Positions 55,201 through 64,000 of a stretch of DNA of 64,000 nt are shown in pieces. The position numbers were made by a program, and so were the translations under genes. A model generated the notes under the pieces. The model did not search any database. It was not told where the DNA came from and saw only the letters and a program-made list of their open reading frames with translations. Source of the DNA: Octopus vulgaris (Eukaryota). Position 1 is the stretch's first letter; each line of letters opens with the position of its first letter. The stretch is from assembly GCA_951406725.2 (NCBI GenBank), contig OX597834.1:7006001-7070000 (forward strand). The letters are read 5' to 3'.

Positions 55201-55821
55201 GCGGCGAGCTGGCGGAAACGTTAGCACGCCGGGCGAAATGCTTATTGGTATTTCGTCTGCCGTTACGTTCTGAGTTCAAATTCCGCCGAGGTCGACTTTG
55301 CCTTTCATCCTTTCGGGGTCGATAAATTAAGTACCAGTTACGCACTGGGGTCGATGTAATCGACTTAATCCCTTTGCCTGTCCTTGTTTGTCCTCTCTAT
55401 ATTTAGCCCCTTGTGGGTAATAAAGAAACAATTATGTAGGGCGGCGAGCTGGCAGAAACGTTAGCACGCCAGGCGAAATGCGTAGCCGTATTTCGTCTGC
55501 CGTTACGTTCTGAGTTTAAATTCCGCCGAGATCGACTTTGCCTTTCATCCTTTCGGGGTTGATAAATTAAGTACCAGTTACACACTGGGGTCGATGTAAT
55601 CGACTTAATCCGTTTGTCTGTCCTTGTTTGTCCCCTCTATGTTTAGCCCCTTGTGGGTAATAAAGAAACAATTATGTAGGGCGGCGAGCTGGCAGAAACG
55701 TTAGCACGCCGGGTGAAATGCATATCCGTATTTCGTCTGCCGGTACGTTCTGAGTTCAAATTCCGTTTGTCTGTCCTTGTTTGTCCCCTCTGTGTTTAGC
55801 CCCTTGTGGGCAATAAAGAAA
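55201..55821 (+). mobile_element. SINE family A trimer (240-bp period; third unit internally deleted)
   Basis: Units at about 55201, 55440 and 55680, joined by an identical CAATTATGTAG linker. Confidence 0.9.
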
Positions 55822-56304
55822 CAATATATCTTTTTCGCCCTCACCAGTATTTGCAGAATTTTAATCATTGTCTTCTCAAAGTTAATTATCATTCAAAAGG
55901 ATTAGTTTAATATACAAGTGTGTAGCTGTACAGCAACTTTAACCTTTGATTAGATGGGTTTCAAAAGATTTTCGGCAAGTGCTTAAACTGAAATGCAGCT
56001 TTCTAAAGTAAACCTTGTCCTATACAGGCGAACTTTTCCGAACATACTTTGTAAAACTCCGTTTAAACAAGTTTGCATATTTTTCCATGACGCTTGTGCA
56101 TGGAACGAAAACTTGAACGAATTTTACGAACAAAATTGTGGGTACCGATAAAGAATTATTTACATTTTGTAAAAGTGGTTCTGAGTTATCCGCAGTTTAC
56201 CAGTTTTGAATATTTTTACTTGTCAGATGGTGCTTAAGATCAAGGGTACTTTCCAATATAATAATGTTACCCCAAATGTTTTCGATTATATTGATTCTAG
56301 TTTA

Positions 56305-56575
56305 TAGGTGTGGCTGTGTGACAAGAAACTTCCTTCCTAGCCACATGGTTCCGCTTTCAGTCCCATTGTGTGGTACCTTGGGCAAGTATCTTCTACTATA
56401 GCTTCGAGTCGACAAAAGCCTTGTGAGTGAATTTGGTAGACGGACAATAAAAGAAGCCCGTCGTAAACATATGTGTGTCTTTGTGTTTGTTCTTCTCCCT
56501 CCACCACCATTTGACAACTGGTGCTGGTGTGTTTGCATCCCCGTAACTAAGCAGTTCGGTGAAAGAACCGATAAA
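56305..56575 (+). mobile_element. Diverged SINE B; further pieces at 34495-34725, 38383-38510 and 57165-57450
   Basis: Family B modules. Confidence 0.75.
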
Positions 56576-56696
56576 CACTTCTTTTCAAGAATTGGTCTGC
56601 ATAGTTTTTGCGCTATGAATATAAAAGAAGCGTACAGCAAATCAGAAACTAAATTCTCGGATACGATGTTACTACATCTCAGTATATTCGCTTCTT

Positions 56697-57086
56697 GGAG
56701 GCGCAATGGCCCAGTGGTTAGGGCAGCGGACTCGCGGTCGTAGTATCGCGGTTTCGATTCCCAGACCGGGCGTTGTGAGTGTTTATTGAGCGAAAACACC
56801 TAAAATCTCCACGAGGCTCCGGCAGGGGATGGTGGTGATCCCTGCTGTACTCTTTCACCACAACTTTCTCTCACTCTTACTTCCTGTTTCTGTTGTATCT
56901 GTATTTCAAAGGGCCTGCCTTGTCACTCTGTGTCACGCTGAATATCCCCGAGAACTACGTTAAGGGTACACGTGTCTGTGGAGTGCTCAGCCACTTACAC
57001 GTTAATTTCATGAGCAGGCTGTTCCGTTGATTCGGATCAACCGGAATCCCTCGTCGTCGTAACCGACGGAGTGCTTCCATCCATCC
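56697..57086 (+). mobile_element. SINE family C, full length, 12-bp TSD
   Basis: ATATTCGCTTCT at 56684-56695 and 57087-57098; (TCCA)n tail. Confidence 0.93.
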
Positions 57087-57583
57087 ATATTCGCTTCTAC
57101 TCCAGCACAATTAGATTCATGAGCATAGCATATACGTTTACACAATCTTACGACAACACGCAATTAACGGAAACTGAAAGAAGCCCGTCGTTTATATATA
57201 TATTTCTATATGTTTGTGTGTACGTATGTGAGTGTATATATGTGTGTGTGTGTGTATTTCTGTTTGTTTGCGTCTTCCTCGATCTCTTGACGGTTTACTT
57301 TCCCGTAACTTAGCCGTTCAGCAAAAGAGCGCGATAAAGCAGGTACCAGGCTTTAAAAGGTACTGAGGTCGATTCCTTCGACTAAAAATTCTTCAAGGCC
57401 GTACTCCAGCATGGCCGCATTCTAATGACTGAAACAAATGAAAAATAAACGATATGATTTAACTTATTGAGTGTATTTTCCACTTTAAATTGTAGTTCGT
57501 ATATTTTTATACTTTGTAACCAGTTATTATGCGACAGAGAAATGTCAGTTTGTAAAAGAGTTTAGATGAGTGTTTTGATTGCT

Positions 57584-57906
57584 TTAAGTTGATTCACTCT
57601 ATATTAAGTTGATTAACTCTACATTAAGTTGGTTAACCAAATATTAAGTTGATTAGCTCTATATTAATTTGTTTAGCCCTATATTAAGTAAGTTAACCCT
57701 ATATTAATTTGAGTAGCTCTATATTACGTTGATTAGCCATATATTAAGTTGATTAGCCCTACATTAAGTAGGTTAACCCTATATTAATTTGAGTAGCTCT
57801 ATATTAAGTTGATTAGCCCTATATTAAGTTGATTAGCCCTATATTAAGTAGGTTAACCCTATATTAATTTGAGTAGCTCTATATTACGTTGATTAGCCCT
57901 ATATTA
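57584..57906. repeat. 20-bp minisatellite ATATTAAGTTGATTAGCCCT, about 16 copies
   Basis: Seen directly; a short related array lies at 61622-61703. Confidence 0.92.
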
Positions 57907-58655
57907 CAAACAAAAGAGAAAAATGCTGAAATTCCTAATGTTAATTTAAAGAAGATGATAAAAATCCTTCCCGCGTCCTATAATCTCATAGGGACTGATT
58001 TCCCGGTGTCCATGGGGTGTATATTCCCCACCTGGACGGGACGCCAGTCCATTTAACGTGCTACTCAATTTTCCCAGCTGAGTAGAATGGTGTAACGTGA
58101 AATGAAGTGTTTTGCCCAAGAACACAACGCATCACCCTGTCCTGGAATCGAACCACAACCTTAAGGTCATAAGTTCAACACACTAAGCGTTAGTCCACGC
58201 ACCTCCACTAATTTAGAAAAAAAAACGCTTATTTTGCTTTTTGAATGCGAGTCTGACGTGTTTCACCGCAAAATAAAACTCCTTCATACTAAATAAAAAC
58301 ATTTCCAAACTGCTACAGTTTTTGCTTTTCCATATATCAAGTAAACACCGTTTTGTTGTTTTACTTGAGTTTTTACTTGACCTTGTCGAGATAATAAATT
58401 ACGTTCAACTAATGGTTGCTTTAAAAAGACAAAGCCCAAAATACCCAACTTTTTCGCAATTTCGTAAACATTTGCAGCGGTTCACTTAACGGGTTTGATC
58501 GATTTTTAGTCGAAGCAGTTTTCTTGTAGCTGTCTTTAATTATTCATGCAATATTGAGATAGAGATAAGTCATGCGTGCGTACACACTCAGAGACTCACA
58601 TATACAAGTACATACATGCATATGTACATATATGCATACACACACACAAACATAT

Positions 58656-58686
<31 letters not shown>

Positions 58687-58691
58687 ATATA

Positions 58692-59883
58692 CTAGCTGAA
58701 GGTGACCCGCTCTACGCGAGGGTAAGAGTGTGGTTGTTACTTTCTGTTGCTTCCTTTCAGCACGTAAAAAGCATCATCCGAACGTGGCCGATTGCAGCGC
58801 CGCCTTGACTGGCTTCTGTGCCGGTGGCACGTAAAAAGCACCAACCGATCGTTGCTGCTGCGAGCCCCCTGGCACCTGTGTCGGCGGCACGAAAAAGGCA
58901 CCCACTACACTCACAGAGTGGTTGGCGTTAGGAAGGTCATCCACCTGTAGAAACAATGCCAGGTCAGACTTGGAGCCTGGTACAGCCTCCTGGCTTCCCA
59001 GACCCCGGTCAAACTGTCCAACCCGTGCTAGCACGGAAAACGGACGTTAAACGATGATGATGATGATGATTCTCCGTATTTGTTTCTCTCTCCTTTCTCT
59101 CTCACTTTCCCACTCTCTTACTTTTCTTTTCTCTCGGACTCTCCCTCGCTGTCTCTTACTCTCTACCTTTATCTATATCTCTCCCATTTATAAACAACAG
59201 AAGATCTTGAGTAAGTTGAGAAATAAAATATTTAGAAAGATCAATCAGAAATATCAGGCAGTGGCAATGGAAAGGTCTGCTTCAAGGCAGACAGCAAAAC
59301 GCTAACATTCAAAAGGGACAGACGAACTTGCGAGCTGAATAAAAATAATAAAATATTGGAAACCAAAGTTTGAAGGGATAGAATCTGAAGATAGTAGAGT
59401 CACCATGGCTGGCATTTCTTAACGACGGACAGCAACGTATTGACAGTTTAACGGCTGGCGTAAAATTTTGAACTTAATGTAAAAGAAAATTCGTAAACAC
59501 CAAGTTTTGAAGTGATTCTTTCTCACGACAGTAGAATCACCATGGCAAGCATTCAAAACTTCTTTATCATGGACGGCAACACATTGACGATTAAAAGGCT
59601 GGCGCAAATTTTTTAGCTTGATGTAACAGAGAATTCCTAAACACCCGCTCCTTGAAATTTTAATCCCCTTCCAGCCCCATTTAGACCCCTTTTCACATTT
59701 TGGTTAATATAACCCGATTTCATTCGGGTCTACTGGGGCCACATTTTATAAGATGAGGAATTTTGTCCTAGAGGTGACGCCTTTAATTTGAGGAAAAAAA
59801 TAGTTGTCATGCAAACTTGCCAGCACTTTTAACATAGGTGTGCATATTTTCAGCTGAATCGACCGACTACGTAATGCACACAT

Positions 59884-59968
<85 letters not shown>

Positions 59969-60752
59969 ACGCATTATATATACAAATGTATACAAATGAG
60001 ATATATATCTGTATAAATTAAATTAGAGATAAAACCACTAATAGGCAAATCAAACAGTGAAAAACCAAAAACAAAAACATAAAAAAAAATATAATATAGA
60101 AAATATAAAATTGAAAAATTTAAATTATTTAAATTGAAAATAAAAATTATTAAATTATATTTATAATTTGTTTAAAAACATATATAACTATGAAAAAGTA
60201 TGAAAAATATTAATATACATAAATACAGATATATGCACTTTGTATATATACATTATATATACATATTTATATGTAGAACACACACACACACATACATTAT
60301 ATATACATATTTATATAAAGAACACACACACACACACACACATATAAATGAACGCAAGAATATCTGATTCATAATATTTGTTCTCATGCTCGTGTGTTGT
60401 TGGTGACAGACAGATACTTAAAAGAACGCCGCCGAAGTGATGGGAAGGTAGGAAACAGAGTCAGTGAAAAAGGGAGGAAATAGCGAGAGTGACAGATACT
60501 TTAAATTACGGTAGTGGAATTCTCAAAGTTATAAATGAAGGGGAGTAAGAGAGGGAAAGGAGGAAATAGCGTGAGTGAGGAAGATGGCCCCTAGCAACCA
60601 CACCTTTTAAGATAGGAATTTCTAATGTAGCCCACGAGCATCGTTACCTCATTCTACATGTCCCTGTAAATTTTGGAGCGAATCAGACGGGACGTAGTGG
60701 CATTGAAAGCGATCCAAGCGGTAAAAACGCATTTCAGTTTTATATATAGAGA
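58692..60752 (-). mobile_element. Possible ~2-kb Helitron-like element with nested repeats
   Basis: Minus-strand start TCTCTATATATAAAA at 60752 and hairpin plus CTAG end (ACCCTCGCGTAGAGCGGGT...CTAG) at 58692; pairing of the two ends is inferred. Confidence 0.45.
58750..59070 (+). mobile_element. GC-rich SINE/LINE-tail element ending in (GAT)n
   Basis: Internal repeats GCACGTAAAAAGCA; GGTTGGCGTTAGGAAGG motif; GGACGTTAAAC(GAT)n tail. Confidence 0.65.
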
Positions 60753-60907
60753 TGAATTAGAGATAAAACCACTATTATGCAACTCAAACAGTAATAGACA
60801 TAAACCAATACATAAATAACCAATATATATAATTTTTTTATTTATAAATATATAATTTATAACTAGATCCCAAAAAGTATAAGATGAATGGATGGTTGGA
60901 ATTGAAG

Positions 60908-61400
60908 TTGAGGTATCGTCCAGTAAAGGTCGGCTTGCGGTATACGGATGTCCTGAATCCATACATTCAGGACATCCATATACCGTCAATCAAGAGTTCC
61001 ACGGCGACGTTCTGAAGCGTTTGAGGGATAACATTCGGCGAAAGCGACCGGATCTGTGGGGCGTAAAACGTGGGATTCTTCACTAAGCTCTAACCATTCC
61101 TGAGTTTCTCGCCAAAAATCAACATGGTATCGCTTCCGCAACCACCCTATTCGCCAGACATCCATCTCTTTCTCAAGCTGAAAATGTAGCTCAAAGGTCG
61201 CCGTTTTGAAACAGTTGTCGAGATCCAGAATCGCAGAAGGTCCTCGAATCGCACATAGAAAACGACTTCCAGCCCGGATTCCGATTTATTGCTGCTCAAG
61301 ATGACTATTCCAAAGAAGATGATGTTAAAACTTACGTAAATAAGCTATTGTTTATTAAACATAACTTGTCCGGCCGGGAGTCTTTTCATACCATCCCGTA
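60908..61400 (+). pseudogene. Mariner transposase 3' remnant
   Basis: TVNQEFHGDVLKRLRDNIRRKRPDLW...ILH, PQPPYSPD, LFLKLKM*LKGRRFETVVEIQ. Confidence 0.85.
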
Positions 61401-61404
61401 TATA

Positions 61405-61945
61405 TATTCTTTTATCCTTTTATTTGTTCCAGTCATTTGACTGCGGCCATAATGGAGCACTGAATTTTGTTGAACAAATCGACCCCAGGACTTATTCTTT
61501 GTAAGCCTAGTACTTATTCTATCGGCCCCTTTTTGCTGAACCTAAGTTACGGGGACATCAACACACCAACATCGATTGTCAAGGGGGACAAACACAGACA
61601 CACAAACATATACACATACACATTAAGTTAATTAACCTTCTCTAACATGATTAGCCCTTTATTAAGTTGGTTAACCCTGTATTAAGTCGATTAGCCCTAT
61701 ATTGCACGCTGTGTGCTTAAAGCAAACAAACAAAAGAGAAAAATGCTGAAATTCATATTGTTAATTTAAAGAAGATAAAAATCCTTCCCGAGTTCCATAG
61801 GCTCAGTTTCCGTCCACTCACAAGGCTTTGGTTGGCCGGAGGCTAAAGTACAATACACTTGCCCAAGGTGCCACGCAGTGGGACTGAACCCAGGTCCATG
61901 TGATTGGGAAGTAAGCAAGCTAATTACCACACAGCCACTCCTGCG

Positions 61946-61947
<2 letters not shown>
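61405..61947 (-). mobile_element. SINE B split by an insert (61622-61800) related to 57584-57975
   Basis: Tail at 61405-61620 and head at 61800-61947. Confidence 0.8.
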
Positions 61948-61990
<43 letters not shown>

Positions 61991-61991
<1 letters not shown>

Positions 61992-62192
61992 ACGGGAAGC
62001 TTTATGAAAATAAACAAAAGACGGAGGCAGGTGGAGTACAAACAAACAATTGTATTAGTATGGCGCTCAGGAATATAAATAAAACAAGTCTTTTACGTTT
62101 CGAGCCTACGCTCTTCAACAGAAAGATACACAGAAAAGAAACACGGAGAGAAACAAGGAGAGAAAAAAATGCGTGCAGAAGCTAGCGAATCA
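61991..62192 (-). mobile_element. Penelope-like terminal-repeat fragment in (TA)n; related copies at 13675-13757, 40555-40745 and 52695-52790
   Basis: Shared GGCGCTCAGGAA...GTCTTTTACGTTTCGAGCCTACGCTCTTC block. Confidence 0.6.
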
Positions 62193-62199
62193 ACATATA

Positions 62200-62300
<101 letters not shown>

Positions 62301-62731
62301 AATCAGTTGGACACATTAATATAATTTTACTCAAATACTTTAACAGGGCAAGAAGATGGAAGAAATCCATGTTGTCGCTATTTTAGGTAAGAATAGACTA
62401 TTCATTTGTGCAGCTGATGGTAGCCCTGAATTTAAATTGATATAATGATCGCATTGTTAAATTAAATGGAACCGCTTGAAACGGTTGTACTGCATCACTT
62501 CTTGATATTCTGTTGCTTATTTTGATTTTATATATATATCAACGAAAATAGCCCGTGAGATCCGTGAAGGTAGTGTCCAAAAGAGTACGAAGATCCAGTG
62601 GTAATCCGGGTGACGAGCTTGGATGTGGATGAGGAAACGTGCTGAAAGGTCTGGAAGTGGTTAAGATATGTAAGTCCAAGAGAGTGGGAAGATTAGTCAG
62701 AATCAAACTAGGGTAATACCGTGAACATATA

Positions 62732-63072
62732 ATATATAATTCAAAGTTATGGATAAACAAAAAACGAAGATAGGTGTAAGAACATAAAGCAAGTTTATTA
62801 GTTTGACGCCCAGGGGAAATGGAAAAGTCTTTTACGTTTCGAGCCTACGCTCTTCGACAGAAAGGAATAAGAGGAAATGAATAGAGAAAGAATGAACTCA
62901 ACACATTTTTTCTCATTCTCTCTCTATTCATTTCCTCTTATTCCTTTCTGCTGAAGAGCGTAGGCTCGAAATATAAAAGACTTTTCCATTTATCCCGAGC
63001 GTCAAACTAATACACTTAATGTTGTTCATACATCTGTCTTCGTCCTTACTTTTCTATAAATTTGAACCATAT
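62732..63072. mobile_element. Inverted pair (~165-bp arms) of the same terminal-repeat family, each arm with a hammerhead-like motif
   Basis: Right arm CTGAAGAGCGTAGGCTCGAAA at about 62951; left arm is its reverse complement; ~15-bp spacer. Confidence 0.75.
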
Positions 63073-63294
63073 ACATACATACATACATAATATACACATA
63101 CATAATACACACATACATATATATATATAAATATTAGGTAAAGTGTGAGCTTTGCAACAAAGTTATGTGTTGTAGAATAAAACATTCTGATTGTCTTTCT
63201 GCAAAAAAAGTAAATACACAAAAAAATAATTGATTATTATGTTTTGTATTTGTTATACGCTATTATGTGTCTGGAGATTTTAAAGTAGGATTTC

Positions 63295-63355
<61 letters not shown>

Positions 63356-63358
63356 CAT

Positions 63359-63427
<69 letters not shown>

Positions 63428-63679
63428 TATATATATACATATATATATACATACATACATATATATTTATATGGATAACTCAAGCATTTTGTATAATCTG
63501 AATGAAGCTAGAAAAATATTTAATAAAAAATATTGGAAGATTGTTTCAGTGATCCCAAATGGAATTATAATACGATTTTTCTCGAATCATTCTTGTTCTA
63601 CATTAATGAATGTGTGTGTGTGTGTGTAGTTTTTGCTTTCTGTGTGGTAAGTGTACATGACTGCACACAGAAATATATA

Positions 63680-63725
<46 letters not shown>

Positions 63726-63740
63726 GTATGCATGTATGTG

Positions 63741-63771
<31 letters not shown>

Positions 63772-64000
63772 TACGGAGATGTACTCGCATAGCAAGTAAT
63801 TTGATCTGAGATCGTGTGCTGAAACGAAAACAATTGCAGCGTGGGAGGTGTTTATAAGCCATTTAAGAAACACACGAGATGCAGCACGGACTTTGTCAGT
63901 GAACAGGTCGCGGATTTTAGCGACGAAAATATTTTGACAAATTAAACTTAAATGTTGGAGTGAATCGAACGGCTTTTGTGTGTTTCTTAAATGGCTTATA

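Overview
AT-rich, repeat-dominated eukaryotic DNA with no convincing host protein-coding exon. Almost every ORF in the track is a translation artefact of microsatellites or SINEs. The repeat landscape (very long (AT)n/(AC)n/(ATGT)n tracts plus several dense tRNA-derived SINE families) suggests a coleoid cephalopod, most likely Octopus; this is an inference. Recognisable content: about 45 SINE copies from 4-5 families that exchange head and tail modules; a full-length degenerate Tc1-type transposon with DD36E spacing; mariner, Tigger/pogo and possible hAT remnants; CR1 and R4/Dong LINE fragments; a Penelope-like (Naiad-type) GIY-YIG fragment; non-autonomous Helitron-like elements; two inverted copies of a GG-terminated MITE with 8-bp TSDs and internal TTAGGG repeats; and a 3.3-kb satellite with a 26-bp unit. 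The most interesting signal is a set of short non-coding fold-back elements, mostly in or next to (TA)n tracts, that carry hammerhead-ribozyme-like cores. The best example is a ~290-bp rod-like hairpin at 26.9-27.2 kb with a near-canonical type I hammerhead at its apex. These may be non-autonomous Penelope-associated, retrozyme-like elements. All coordinates were read by eye and element boundaries are approximate.
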